A stretch of 64,000 bases of DNA from Podarcis bocagei. Taxonomy: Eukaryota. The translations under genes and the position numbers were made by a program. The notes under the pieces are model-generated. The model did not search any database. It was given only the letters and a program-made list of their open reading frames with translations, and was not told the origin of the DNA. The DNA lies in the NCBI GenBank assembly GCA_964188305.1, contig OZ076888.1. One strand, given 5' to 3'. Positions 49,280-63,615 of this stretch are shown piece by piece. How positions within the stretch are numbered: position 1 is the stretch's first letter; every line of letters starts with the position of its first letter.

Positions 49280-52200
49280 GTGAGTGGCGGGAGAAGCCAG
49301 GAAAGTTTGGACAACTCCATGTAACTGTTTTTCATTGGGGCAGGGTTGAGAAATGTCAATTAGATTTATTTGTTTCCTAAATTTATTCACCACCTTTTGA
49401 TAATAAAATTCATCCCAAGGCAGTTTACTACCTTATATATCAAAATTCAACAAAAAATACATTTTTTAAAAAATACCTACACTTTAAAGGCATCTTTAAG
49501 CATTGTGGTCTGTCTTGGAAGTAAGATAAAGCTGAGAGTGAAAGACAAGTGGAAGGAATGACAAGAGAGATGGACAGTACTGAGATAACTAAGGAGGGGA
49601 GCAGGGATCATTTCAAGGAATACATTGGCAGAGAACTTAAATCGAGAACAAGCGTTTTGCTGGAAGATGTTTAAGCTTGTATGAAAGTGGGGATTTTCTC
49701 AGGAGATACTCTGCAGAGCAAATTTTTAAAAAGGCAGCAAGGAAACAGGGAGAATGTAAGGCTTCAAAAAGCACTGGAGGAAGTCCTCAGCCTTTGTGCC
49801 TCCTGGCTTTTGTTTAGTCAGATGTTGAAACAGGTTCTGCCATTATTTTTTACAAATGTGTGTTTTAGGAAAAATGAGAAGCTGAGATGTATGCAGCACT
49901 TGCTTGTCAGCCAGTTACTTGTAGTATGCGCTTGTCATCAGCCCTTTTACACATGAGTCCTAGGAGAGAGGCCTACACACAGACCTCAGCTCAGCAGAAA
50001 TGGGAGTTTGTCACAAATTACTGTAAAGAGCAACTGCCTTTTTGCTTGCTATAGTTAGATTGATGAGCAAAGGCAAGGTCTTGGAGGGAATCGATAAACA
50101 AACACTCCCTCCCCCCATTCTATAAAGTGCCTGGTTTTTCCAACTTCCTCCTTTTGAAATGCATAGATTGATTAACCACAGTGAAATATAGGCATATGGC
50201 TTTTCATCAGCTGTTTAGTAAACAGATCATATCCAGATCCTTCCCAGAATGCAAACGGAGCTCTCCTGAAAGGCAGCAAATGAGCCTTTATAACTTGTAT
50301 TAGGAAAGTTAATAGGATAATAAAATAGCAAGGCAGCAATCTTGGCCAGTGAGTAATCACTGTCCATCGACACTTCTCCGCCTGCACCTACACATACTTT
50401 ACGTGCTTGCTGTGCATGCAGAACCAGCTGCAAACAATTATATTCGACAGTTCCCAGGTGTTTCAGGGGAAATCTCCAACACAAATGCACACAGCTCTTT
50501 AGGGCTCTTCAGATTACAGCCAGCAGCAATACCTATGTAAACCACAGCCAAAGCAGGAAATGAGATAGGGGGAAGAAAACCAAATTGGGAGCAGCTAAAA
50601 TCCAATTTGCACTTTAGGAGAGAAGCCTCCCAGACTTTCTCTTTCTTTAAAAGGAAAATGTGAGCCTAAATTCTTGGGGAGAATGTACTCATTATAATTC
50701 AAATGGGCGGATCATGAACACGCAGCCACGGAATTAAAGATTAACCAAGAGCGTACTGCAAAAGGTGGAATTAAGGTTTCCTGCTAAATTTGTAGTTGCT
50801 CTTGTACTTCCTGACCTTCAGATGCTTTGTTGTATATCCCTGAGATTTTCTTAATTTTAACTTTTGGACAAAATGTCCCTGGATCACTTCTTATCCTTAA
50901 GGGAAGATAATTAAGCTGAAAACAGAGGCCAAGAGAGCTCAGTCCTGGAGCCTAATAGGTTTAAATAATTTTAAAGCTATTTAATGAGACCAATGTGAAT
51001 ATGGATGATGGGATCCTTTGCATAGAAAGTTTCTAAGCTCGGCAACAGTGAATCAGGATACAGTAACTATCCATATTTTTCTGCTAATGTGTAATACCCC
51101 TTAAGGAAACGTGTGATCAGATTACCTAAAATGTTTACTTCAGTACAAAATATATGTCAGTATACTAGACTATACAGAAGATTGTGAAAATTGCCAAAAA
51201 AGCATAACTCAGAAACCAAAAGTATAAAGTTACACTATTATATCAACTTTCTAACTAACATGCTGGTAAATCTGAAATTACAGAGCACAAATAGCATCTA
51301 TCTGCCACAACTGATTTTATTTTTTTTACTAAGCAGTAAGGGACAATATATGTTATATAAATACCTGTAGGATGCTAATAAATCAATATACCTATAAATG
51401 TAAATATGAGAGTGTTTGGAACTTAGCTCTGGGAGTCTGACATCTTTGAGGGTCCCATTTATAGAACAGTGACCCTTAGAGCTGGTGGGGCAGAGATAAC
51501 AGAGATGGGGAACATCTCCCCAAATGTTGTTGGACTCCCTTCAACACCCAATTGCAAGATAATCTAAAAATTACAGCTCTGTGCAAATTGCCTCTCGAAA
51601 TTCTCCACCATATTTGTGGGCAGAGAAATTATGGGGAGAGGAATTCACTTAATTTCTCCAGGGGATGAGAAATTTTTCCAAAAGTCATTCTAGGGCATTG
51701 TGGGAGGGGATGGATATGGCCCCCCATCCAAAATGGTGGAGAAATTTCTGCAAAGTGGTCTAATTTTTCTAGATAGGTGAGACCAAGAAAAATCTCAGAA
51801 ATTTCCTGATAAAATCCAAGTCTAAGAAATTTCACTTCCTTTCTACAGAAAACCCTACTTACCCTGTTTTGGGCTCTTTGGAGGAAGTATGGAACACACA
51901 TACCATTCCAAATAAATAAATGTGAGGCCAGTACTTTTCAAAGCTTCTAGAAATTTATTCAAAGTACACATATATATGATGCTAGAAAGACATGGATTTC
52001 TGGCTTATTTCTATATGCATTTTTGAATGTGAGTAGGAATGTGTAATGTTGGAGAAGTGGGCCTAGGTTTGAATCACATTTACTGAGATTGATGGTAGTC
52101 CTGAGATGTAGATGAATAGAAAAAAGTTGACCCAGCGCTTGAGCAGATTGCCCTCCCTGTCTTAGTGTTGTTTTTGCAATACAGGTAGAAACTTCCCTTT

Positions 52201-53106
52201 TTGATATAAAAATGCACACATCCCCATGGTTGCTGTTTGCTGCGTCTTTGTTCAGCAAGTTAGTTTTCTGTGTCATGACATTTGGATGGATTTTTACTTT
52301 CTGGGCTCTGCAGGAGCTTCTTCAGTATGACCTTCGTACCCCTGTAGCCAGCAAATCTTTGAGCAAACATATTTACCACTCCTCAAACGCCGCTGGACTG
52401 TTTGTATACATGATACGCCTCTTCCCTACTGCCATGATACTCTTTTGTGGCATTTCTGCACTTTTTAATGCCCATTAGCTAAAGCCTTGTTCCCTGAGCC
52501 ATTACAGTCCTTCTCCCTATGCCCTTGGTCCTCTGATGTGTTCCCACTGCTGACATTTTCCCCAAAACAGCACTTTGTCTCTCTGTCTGACAGCATTTTT
52601 TTTTTTAATGGAAAGAATTATTTCGTATAAGGCAAAAGCAAACACACAGCCCAGTGGCAGGAACATTGTAAGGGCAGCCCATCAGGATAAATTTGAGACA
52701 GCTGGCATAAAGCAAAGCAAAAATATGTAGGTAAGGCAGCACATAAATTCTGGCCACCTCTGTGCAGAAATTTTAAACGTTATTAATAGGCAGCAGATCA
52801 ACTCGTTCCTTCTGAGACAAAACAAAGGTTTCTGCAGGTATATTTTCCTGCATTGATCTGTAGGGTGCCATGCCTTGAATCAATCCTGCCAATGCATTTC
52901 CTTTATTTTCAAAGCTCGCCCGCCTCTTTTGGAAAAAGCTCCCACCTGGATGCCAAATCTGAGTAGCAGCTCATTGTTAAAAGTGCATATCCCAGGTGAC
53001 CACTGATAGTGCCTTGAAGACTGCACACATTTCAGATTAAGTGCTTTTGGCAACCTCTGGGCAAGGCCTGCACTGCACAAAATAAAAGAATCTGTTCCTG
53101 GAATTT

Positions 53107-53480
53107 GACTGCGGGTGGCGCTGTGGTCTAAACCACTGAGCCTCTTGGGCTTGCCAATCAGAAGGTCAGCATTTCAAATCCTCACAATGGGGTGAGCTCC
53201 CATTGCTCTGTCCCAGCTCCTGCCAACCTAGCAGTTTGAAAGTAGATAAATAGGTACTGCTGTGGTGGGAAGGTAAACAGCATTTCCATGCTCTCTGGTT
53301 TCCGTCGTGGCATTCCATTGCACCAGAAGTGGTTTAGTCATGCTGGCCACATGACCCAGAAAGCTGTCTGTGGACAAACGCCAGCTCCCTCAGCCTGAAA
53401 GTGAGATGAGCACTTCAACCCCATAGTCTCCTTTGACTGGACTTAACCATCCAGGGGTCCTTTACCTTTTTACCTTTACC
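53107..53480 (+). mobile_element. Sauria SINE, second subfamily, near full length
   Basis: Head GCGGGTGGCGCTGTGGTCTAAACC, body GGGGTGAGCTCCC...AACCTAGCAGTT, tail GGGGTCCTTTACCTTTTTACCTTTACC. Confidence 0.88.
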
Positions 53481-54047
53481 TAGCGTGCTAGCTGGAGCCA
53501 GTGCAACAAGTCCCACTAGCACAATAGGGCTTCCCCCTTTTCCTCCCCGTGTGCTCTCATGCCCTCCTACCAGCCCAAAGAGGGGTGAGAGAACACCCAG
53601 AATAGCATGCAGCAGGGGGAGATGGGAGATCTTGCCACCAGGCAAGTAAAAATGTTTGTGCTGATGGAGTGATCTCGTTAGCGCTGCTTGGAATTCCATC
53701 CATAAATTCTGAGTATAGGGATGGATGGATGGATGGGGAAAGCTGTGGTGACTACTAATGAAAGCTATGTAAACAGGATGCTCTGCTCAGTGGAAAGGTT
53801 AAGTGAGGAAGTAATGGCCAAGAGAGCCCAGAGAACCCAAGGTCTGGAGAATGGCTTGGGGTGGCTAGAGATCATTCTCACATGAATATGAAAATATGCA
53901 CATAAGAGGTCATTGAAGGTTTCCCGAAAGAAGGCATTTTGCTAACGATAGCAGGCTAGATTTTCTTTTAAAATCCCAGGTCTTGGAAGAATCCACAGGT
54001 CAGGGCCATTTCTTTATGTTTGTAGTGGGGAGAAAGTGTCCCTCAGC

Positions 54048-54240
54048 AAAGGTAAAGGTAAAGGACTCCTGGACAGTTAAGTCCAGTCAAAGGCAACTAT
54101 GGGGTTGCAGTGCTCATCTTGCTTTCAGGCTGAGGGAGCCGGCGTTTGTCCACAGGCAGCTTTCCGCGTCATGTGGCCAGCATGACTAAACTGCTTCTGG
54201 CACCATGGAACGCCAAGACGGAAACCAGAGTGCATGGAAA
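54048..54240 (-). mobile_element. Sauria SINE, 5'-truncated, reverse orientation
   Basis: (AAAGGT)n followed by the reverse complement of ~53280-53480. GTCCCTCA lies on both flanks (54038-54045, 54242-54249). Confidence 0.85.
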
Positions 54241-55550
54241 AGTCCCTCATTATCCCCGCAAAGCTCTAGTAAGAGCACTCCCTGCAGCCCCCTCTACTTG
54301 GCTGATGTAAATAAAAAAGGGTACAAGGTAACAAGCAACACTTTCAATTCTGTTTCGGCACACTGCAGAGCCAGTGCTATAGTCTACCACTGCAACAGTA
54401 AAACAGAAATCCTTACAGTGTATATCTTTTCCCCCAAATGAAACATCTAAGTTAGTCTGTCTAATTAACTCTTCAAACCATTTTCTGAGTGTTGGAGTGC
54501 TGGCATTTAAATGACCTAGATGCAATAAGCAGCCAAACACAAATGAGGCAGCCTCAGTTGGCAAGCCAGTCTCTTCCATGTGCCTGCTTGCAGAGTATCA
54601 GTATCTTGTTCTACAAGTAAGAAGTTAAGAAGACAATAATTGCTTGCTGGAGCAGAGCAAGGTCCATCTAGTTCTGCATTCTGTTTTTAATAGAGACTGA
54701 CCAGATGCTTCCCATGGTCACAAGCTAGACATGAAGACCTCCCTTGTTGTTATCATCAGCACCTGGTATTTATATACATAGGTACATTACCTCTATATGT
54801 GGAGGTTCCATTTAGCTATTTTGGCTAAAGCTGTTGATAAAGCTCTCCTACATCTTAAAGGTAATTTCCAAAAGTTCATGATCCATTTTGTGTGCTGGCA
54901 AGAGCTGTGTGCCCATGCTAATACTGTGTATATAGCCTCATAGCCAGGCGATTCCACTGGATTCATGTTCTCAGTTATTGTTTTGGTAAATATCCATGCA
55001 AGATGCAAAGTGTGTGTCCTTGAAAACCCTGAAACACAAAATTAGAGAGATGCATCTTTCACTAGCTTGCCATCTGCTGGTGGTGCAGAAAAATATGCAC
55101 AACTTTGAGATACAGGCATTCTCCCCAGCTGCATGCTTCAGTGAAACTAAAGTGGGGAGCACCTCTAAACACCCTTTAAACTCCCTCTGTGCCCTCTCAC
55201 TTCAATCCGTACCAAAATACTGGATCCAAAAATATCCACAACTAGAATTGAAACTCTGGGGCCAGCAGAAGGCTGGAGAATGCATGGGAAAGCAGCTGCT
55301 GCGTGACCCTATACATCAGCTGTTAGATGGGGAGGCTGAAGAGCCTAAGCAGAGCCCTGCTGCACCTCTGGGCTCTATGGGGTTTCCTTCACCCTCACTG
55401 ACATCCTCTTCGGAATCTGGAGAATGTCCCTTTGTAAGCCATGAGTACTCTGTACTTCTCTCCTGCCATTTCTGGGTTTGAATTGAACCAATTAATTATT
55501 TTCTGGTGCTGTGTGTGTATGCGGTCACTTGAGTCTATTGCTTGTAAGTG

Positions 55551-55552
<2 letters not shown>

Positions 55553-55594
<42 letters not shown>
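55553..55594. repeat. (GT)n microsatellite
   Basis: Direct reading. Confidence 0.95.
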
Positions 55595-55596
<2 letters not shown>

Positions 55597-58500
55597 ACGC
55601 CTGGCAGAAAAGTCCTCTTCTTTAGGCAGAACAGAGAGGTTGATAATTCTCAGCAAGAAAACCAAACAGCTCCTGTCAACTAGGAATATACACTGTTCTA
55701 CTCGCCATCTTTGAGTAGACGAATCATAAAGATTTTATTGATAGCCCTATGGTTGGATTTGGTCTTTGTACTGAACTTTACACTTCCAAACATGTTGTTT
55801 CAAATATGTCAGATTGCCTTTATCCATAGTCTGGTTCCAAACTCTGGCAGATTTCCTCAGACTTCTTATGAGCACAGAGCGGTTTGTCAGCAGCATGGAT
55901 ACCTTTCTCCTGGATGTTTAGAAGCCATTTTACACTGGCCGAGTGGGTAGCACTAAGTCCAAGGTCATTGCGTCCCCACCTTGATCCTTCTGCGTTATAT
56001 GTTTGTTTTGCTTTTCTAATCTGTAAGCCAGCCTTGGTTATGATCTTGTAAATTCCTTTGTAATCCTGCTAGAGCATCAGCTGCACTTGTAAAAGGATTT
56101 ATGGAACAGTAAAAATGTATGTGATGAAGCTGTAAAAAGATTTATGAACTGGGCAAAGCATGGATGACTTCATCGCAGGTTTTGCCATCAGTAATGGAAG
56201 GATAGAGTTTTGGCCCAGTGTGTGCCTAAGGCTGCCTTCCTGTAAGCTACAGCTTTCCCTTTGGCAGATTTAGTGCTTTACTACTAAGCTGTAAGTGAAA
56301 GAATTGTACTGCAAGGAAGAGAGATGAACTATTGTAAGGGTTTGGTATTTCACTAGGTGTTGTGTCCTATGCCACCTGTGCTGCTTCTACTAGACGTGGT
56401 GCACCATCCGGATGAGTAGCAACCAGCAGTTGGTGGGGAATGGACGTTCTGCCCTGTTCGTATGTGACTTGTGTCAGCCACTTTGAATTCTCAAGACTCA
56501 TAGAAACTCTGGAGTCTGGAAATGCCACAACAGAATTCAAAGTTTATGACTCCTCTGCAGTCCTGGGATATTCTAGACCTGGATCTTCATGTTTCATAGG
56601 CTTACGGCTGCTACTTACGTTAAATATGTGGTAAACGAATAATGCTTGAATGGGATTGGATTAATTATATAGACATTAAAACTGCAGTCCTAAGCCGAGA
56701 AGAGGTGCAGAGTGTTTGCTCTCTGACTGATTGCCAAGCATAAAAAAGATGAGGAGCAAATCCCAGGAGAGATGAGATGCTAGAACAAAAGTTAATAATA
56801 GGATGGAAAGAGAAAGGGGCAGGTGAGAGTAGGGAAGAGGAGAGTCACAACAGTGGGGCTGACCTTAGTGCCATTGCCCAGAATAAAAGAGGATTACTAT
56901 TTTTCCAGTGAAAACAAGATAACTGTGCAATGCATTCCAAGGATTGCCTGCTGAGATCACCCAACAGTATCTCTGGCAATCTTTTCAGGTGTTAAATATA
57001 GTGATTCATTTTGGTCAAAAGCATATGACAAATCTTAGGTTAGCCGCTTCTATGAAAATAGTGTACAATACAAAGAGAGAGTTGAAGAAGAAATGGAAGG
57101 ACAATTTTCTGGAGAGCACCAGGTTGGCAAAGGGTGGTGTGATATAATACATGCCATGTTTAGCTCTGGTGACTTTCACTACTTGCGAAGCCCATTTTCA
57201 CGTTCAGAAGACTGGGACTTTCAGCTTCAGCCTGCTGGGCCTCATAGCTGCAGCAACACCTTTTTGGATCCTGCAGGCCAGGTAATTTGACAGGTGAACG
57301 GCATAAAAGGCCCGAGAGGACTAAGCAGCAGTTCGGGAGATGGTAGAGCTCTCACTTCTCTTTACTAGTACCAGGCCGCAAACAAGAAATACATCGGTTG
57401 CCTTTGTAATGGGTGAAAGTGATCGTTTTCCCCCAGCGTTCAAGTTTGCAGTGTAATCTCAAAACAGCAACTTGACTAGCCTTTGTTAGATTCACGGGTT
57501 CCACAATTTAATGTTCACCAGATGGGAGGAAACGCTTCCACCAATGCGATTTGTGTTCCTGAGTGTGAGATCTCTCTTAAAATTTAATGAGTGAAATAAT
57601 GAGGTTTCTACCAAAGTTAACTCCTGCCGGCAACCTCCCAAACTCCCTGCAGCAGCCTACAAGTTCCCAGTCATGTCTGGTAGAGATTTGGCAGCCTGCT
57701 GCAAGGGGCCATGTGACGCTTTTTGAAAGCTAAAGCAAACCCCCAAGAATATTTATTATGGAGGCTGTATTTTATCATTAGGATGCTCACTCGTTTGTAA
57801 TTGCTGCATTCTGTCATTTTAGTAGCAGCCACAAAACTATCAAAGGTATGTTGGGTAAATAAAAATGGCTTAAATTATGCATGAACAGCAGCATCGTAAA
57901 CCTGCTGCCATCTTTCCCATAAAAACAGCAAACTAGTGTTCGTTTGTAACTTCCCTCTAGCGGGTTGAATGTTCAGCCTGAACAAGAGAGGGCTTGCAAG
58001 GAGGCATTCAACACCAGGCTACAGAGGTGGTCAATCTGAATCAACTGGAAAGCTCCTAGAATGTCAAAAAGCTGAACAAATGACTTTCTGCACTCTCTTA
58101 GGTCCTTCATCTGTATACGCCTCCTCTTTCAGAAGGGACACCGTGATGATTTTCACTGTGATTGAATCCTCTTGATTTTTCTTTCCTTTCTTCTTTTTCA
58201 TTTCTGAGACAACTTTTCCCAAAGCGATTTCCTTCTTTCTTCCATTTCTCCCCCTCCTCCTCCTCTTCATTCATTTATTCTCTCAGCTTGCTGCTATTCT
58301 CTTTGATTTTTATCTTTATTTTTGCCCTGCATTCACTGCTATAGCACAGCCACCTGGTATAACCCTTCCAATCAGACCGACGCAGGAAAGGTGTCAGATT
58401 GATAAATATTGATCTCTACCTGCAGTTCTTTCCTTGACTCTCCTGCTAATGGATTTGGTACTGCTTCAATAAATAACAGTGTGCACCCACTTTCTGGGTG

Positions 58501-58736
58501 CAACCCATGGCCTGCTCCCAATCTGCCAGTTATAACTAATACGTTATACATTTCAAGGAGAAAAGATAATGCAGGGGAAGCGGAGAGAAATATAAGAGGA
58601 AGAATGAAACAAGAGAGCAAGTGAATAGGGGAGCTGATTGTACAGATAGGCAAGGAAGGAAGGTTTAGGGGGAGACGTGCTGTTGATCCCTTTCCCCGGA
58701 GATGAATATGATTTTTCTCTCTCTTCTCTAAAATGA

Positions 58737-58991
<255 letters not shown>

Positions 58992-59915
58992 TAACAGTGG
59001 ACTGGCACTTTTCTCCTGGAAGCCTAACAGAATCTTCTTCTGTGATTTAAGAGACTGTGCTTAATTAATTGACTCACTTTAATACATTGTTGTGCTCCCT
59101 AGTTTAATTAACAATAAATAGGTAGGGCAATAGCTCCCTAGTTTATAGCATCTCTCTTATCTGCTACAGCAGGAATCTTACCTTTTTGGGGCCGTTAGCT
59201 AATTTCAGAAGGAAAAGCTTGCATACTTGCCATTAAAACACACACAACAACAACAACCTACCCTCTAGTTATTAAAAACCAGCCGTTTGTGTTAAACAAC
59301 AGTGTGAACAAGAGCATTTAGGAGATTCATTGTTATTTTGTGCAAATTGTTTGACTTGTTCCCTTTAAATCTTCATGGTAAGCTTACCCAGGACTGGCAC
59401 AGTTTAACTACTGCCCCTGAGCACTTCTCAAACTCATCATACCAGAGACCCATTCCCAAAGACAGTGCTAACATTATGTGAATGTTGCTTCATCACTGTA
59501 CAACTTCAAATGATCCAGGAAGTACAGTTCACCTAGAAGGAGGTTAGTTCCCCCGCTGGAGGGAGCAGCATGTTCAGAACTTTAGTTAACAGTAGCCAAG
59601 TAAGGGGGGGGGGAAGAATCTTTGTGGTTGCAGTGGACCATAGGTAGGCATCCCAAAGCCCATCAAGTCCAACAGAAGGGGAAAGTATCGCAACCTGAAG
59701 ACAGCAAAGTATTGCATTTTGACTACACCATGAGAGGACTGGTCAACTACCATCCCCAAGGATTTCCAATGCCCCCTCACCCCAAATTTACAGAGTAAGT
59801 GTGCATACTCAGAATCTTTCCACCATTATGAAATGGTGGAAATCCTGAGTATGCAGTCTTTCCTGAGAATATAAGAAGTGCTTGGGTGGAGCACATTGGC
59901 CAGCATTCTTTATAA

Positions 59916-60053
59916 CAGGGATAGGGGAACCTGTAGGCCTCCAGACATGGTTGAACTACAAGTCTCATCACCCTTTATTATTGGCCAGGCTAGCTGGACT
60001 GATGGCAGTTGGAGTTCAACATCACCTGGAGAGCCACAGGCTCCTCAGCCCAG
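59916..60053. mobile_element. hAT-type MITE (diverged)
   Basis: CAGGGATAGGGGAACCTGTAGGCCTCCAGA...CTGGAGAGCCACAGGCTCC. Flanks CTTTATAA and CTTTACAC. Same length as the 24450 copy. Confidence 0.65.
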
Positions 60054-60736
60054 CTTTACACTACATGAACCATCAGAAAGTGGCCTGTAGTCCACCAATG
60101 GACCAGAGTATACTTTTTGCCCATTCCTTTGCTCTGGGCATCTAGAGTCTGCCTCAGAAAAGTTTGTTTATTTGCTAGCATGTAATTTCCCAACTCCCAT
60201 GTGTCAGAGCCCATCTGCTGCTATATCTCTTTGCTCTTTCTTTCTTTACAGCATCCTTATAACCAGTTGCTTATAATCTGCACCAAGCTATTGTTTGCAT
60301 TCATTGCTTGCTATTTGCATTCAGCGCTTCAGTGTTGCTTCTTGTTCTGCTAAAGGTGCTTCCAGATGAAGCTGCTTCTGAGCATCAGATGTACAGCAAG
60401 TGGATTTTCATTCCGATCACTGTCTGTCCAAATGGACTAGAGGCAGTCTGGGTGGCACAACAATGGCAGTACCATCATAGCACCAAATGTTTGGAATAGG
60501 AAGTACCTCTTCTGGAGTTGGTACTGTGCCTATTTTATGAGCCATTGTCTGGAAGCATCCTTAATTTTCTCTTTTACTTTATCTCCCTCCCAACCACACT
60601 TTCTTTCCTTATACCAAGCCTCCCACTCATTCCACAAAAGCCTTTCCCTCCCCATTTTATGAGACAAGATGGAAGACACTGGTAGCTCACAAGAGCCTTG
60701 GGGAGCAGCTCAAGCAACAAGCCCTTTCCCTTTTAC

Positions 60737-60818
60737 TCTGCTTCCACTGAAGTCCATTCTAAAAATTTCACCTGTCTGCTTCCACTGAAGTCCACTGTAA
60801 ATAGTTTTCTGTCTGCTT
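60737..60818. repeat. Short tandem duplication, 37-38 bp unit, ~2.2 copies
   Basis: TCTGCTTCCACTGAAGTCCA at 60737 and 60775; TCTGCTT at 60812. Confidence 0.8.
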
Positions 60819-61876
60819 TGGTGTAAAATTGGAATAAAAACAGTTTTGGATCTCTTCTATCCTATTTGTTGCTTTTCTTCTCTTACTAATTGTGGCAGAG
60901 TTATGTTTGTCTTGCCTATCTTGTGACTTGATCTTAAGTATACTTTCTTAAAAATAAGTCCAATGAATTCAGTAAGACTTAGCACATAGACTTCACAGAG
61001 TAAGGCTGCAGTATTATGCCTATGTAACTGAAAGCTCCATGAACTCAGTAGGACTTGCTTCTGAGTATACACGTAGAGGATTGTACCATTAGTATGACAG
61101 CTTGGGAGAGACCTTGGATGTCATCTAGATCTCTGCTTTTTGCAGGATCTGCAGCATCCCTGGCAAAATTCAATTTCAGCATTGCAGACAGTGAAGAGGA
61201 GCCCACCACTTCCTGTTTCTCTTTCAAACAGTTCTTCCTGTTAGGAAGTTTCTCTTCAATGAAACAGATTACAACATAAAACATATTTCTACTGAATTAA
61301 CTGATGGCCGATTAGTTGGAAGCACCACAGGAAGCTGCCTTGTACCAAGTCAAACTATTGGTCCATCTAGCTCAGTAATGTTTACACTGACTGGCAGCTG
61401 CTCTCCAGGGTTTCAGACAACCTGGAGCCATCAAAATGATATTGGGACTACAGTTCCTATCATCCATGACTGTTGGCCATGCTGGCTAGAGCTGATGGGA
61501 GCTGAAGTCCAGCAACATCTGGAGAGACCCAGCCTGCAGGAAGCTGGAACAGAGGTTTCTGGACCTTTCAGCATTGTGATGTCATACTGTCATGTCATGT
61601 GATAGGGCTAAAAGAAAACCCCCCCCCCTGCCCAAACCTCCCTCTTTGACAATAGTTAAAGGTACAAGAATTATGCTGTGTGTTGCTTCTGCTCGCTTTA
61701 TTACAGGGCTGGTATTTAGACATGTGTTTTCCTGCCATTCACTTTTTGAAGAAATGGTTAGAATGCCTTGGCCAAGCACCTTGTCCTCAGCTTGGGTAGC
61801 TCTCATTTCTCCCCCCCCCCCTTTAAAATAGCAGAACGAGCAAAGTCGATTGTAAATGGTACCTGTTCCATTACAG

Positions 61877-62124
61877 GGGAGTTTGGTGAAGTCTACAAAG
61901 GGCGCCTCAAACTGCCTGGCAAGAGAGAAATCTATGTGGCTATTAAGACATTAAAGGCTGGCTACTCTGAGAAGCAGCGGCGGGATTTCCTGAGTGAGGC
62001 CAGCATCATGGGTCAGTTTGATCATCCAAACATCATTCGGCTAGAGGGGGTGGTCACCAAAAGCCGCCCAGTGATGATTATTACAGAGTTTATGGAAAAT
62101 GGTGCCCTGGATTCCTTTTTACGA
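61877..62124 (+). CDS. EPHB1: EPHB1 coding exon (exon 11 equivalent), kinase N-lobe
   Basis: ttacAG acceptor; donor CGA|GTAAGT; 248 nt. Translates [30 protein letters not shown]...ALDSFLR, including the Gly loop and the VAIK lysine. Confidence 0.97.
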
Positions 62125-62662
62125 GTAAGTATGACTTTCTTTCTTTTTGAAGTGATAATGAAATTGGATCGATTTAATGAGGCCAGCTCTTGTGGAGGTG
62201 TTCACTGTGCAATTCGGCCCTGCAAATGCAGGAGCATGCCTTTCCCTCCAAATTAAATCGTCCAAAACAACAATGACATCCTGGCCTTAATGTAATTATT
62301 GCTAAATCTGTTTGGAAGTTGCCCAAATGTTTACTGCATTTTGTAGCAACCCAGCTGATAAGTATTTTAAACAGATTTTATTGATTTTTCTATGTTTTTA
62401 GCACTTCTTGTTTTTATCTTGAGTTCTGTCAGGGAAAAGGGCAGGATATAAATAATCACCATCATCCTAGGACTGTTAAATTGTCTCCAACTCTTCTTCT
62501 GACACCAATGGGGAGCTTCTCCTGCTCTTGGACCAGCCTTGCCCATTCTGGTGCTCTCATGAAGTTTTGGACTGCCATCAGCCCTAGCAAAATGACCAAT
62601 GGTCAGGGATGGTGGGAGTTGTAGTCCAATAAGATATAGAGTTGTAGTCCAATAAGATATAA

Positions 62663-63013
62663 GGTACGCAGGTGGTGCTGTGGGTAAAAGCCTCAGTGCC
62701 TAGGGCTTGCCGATCGAAAGGTCGGTGGTTCGAATCCCTGCGGCAGGGTGCGCTCCCATTGCTCGGTCCCAGCGCCTGCCAACCTAGCATTTCGAAAGCA
62801 CCCCCGGGTGCAAATAGATAAATAGGGACCGCTTACTGGCGGGAAGGTAAACGGCGTTTCCGTGTGCTGCGCTGGCTCGCCAGATGCAGCTTTGTCACGC
62901 TGGCCACGTGACCCGGAAGTGTCTCCGGACAGCGCTGGCCCCCGGCCTCTTAAGTGAGATGGGCACACAACCCTAGAGTCTGTCAAGATTGGCCCGTACG
63001 GGCAGGGGTACCT
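62663..63013 (+). mobile_element. Sauria SINE, full length, nested in a hAT MITE (~62535-63045)
   Basis: Highly similar to 9409-9774; B box GGTTCGAATCCC; TAAGATATA on both flanks; very short tail. Confidence 0.9.
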
Positions 63014-63399
63014 TAAGATATAGAGTATACCAGGTTGGTGTAGGTTGCCATAGCAGGCAATGGCTTTTTCCTTGAGAAGCCTTCATTGGTCCTTCCTTTT
63101 CTCAATTCTTTTCATTTCCTGCTCATATTTTCGTTGGCACTCCATCTCTTCCACTTACGCTTTCATTAGAATTAGTTTCCAGTCTACTGCCTGTTCTTTC
63201 TCCTTCCTTCAGCTACTGCTTCTGAGATTTCCTATCATCTCTTGGGACCTCTTCTTTCACATTTCCCCAAAATTAGCCTCCCTATCTGGCCATATAGATC
63301 TCTGTTCCTTAGAGCCCGTATTGTAGGATACTATTCCCAGCCTGGATTCTTTGAATACAGAGGAATGCTAATTCTTTCATTTAACTTTCACTGATACAG

Positions 63400-63615
63400 C
63401 AAAATGATGGGCAGTTTACAGTCATCCAGTTGGTGGGGATGTTGCGAGGGATCGCAGCTGGTATGAAGTACCTTGCAGAAATGAATTATGTCCACCGGGA
63501 CCTTGCAGCCAGAAATATCCTGGTCAACAGCAACCTGGTTTGCAAAGTATCTGACTTTGGCCTGTCACGTTACTTACAAGATGACACCTCAGACCCAACT
63601 TATACCAGCTCTTTG
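63400..63615 (+). CDS. EPHB1: EPHB1 coding exon (exon 12 equivalent), kinase catalytic and activation loop
   Basis: gatacAG acceptor; donor TTG|GTAAGT; 216 nt. Translates [17 protein letters not shown]...HRDLAARN...[21 protein letters not shown]. Confidence 0.97.

Noticed and set aside
58415-58470. Possible cassette exon in intron 9 (CTGCAG acceptor ... TTG|GTACTG donor)
   Set aside because: Weak pyrimidine tract and donor, the length does not preserve frame, and there is no similarity to known Eph juxtamembrane inserts.
60737-60818. Repeat-spacer-repeat pattern suggestive of CRISPR
   Set aside because: Vertebrate intron, only two units, and the spacers resemble each other; it is a simple tandem duplication.
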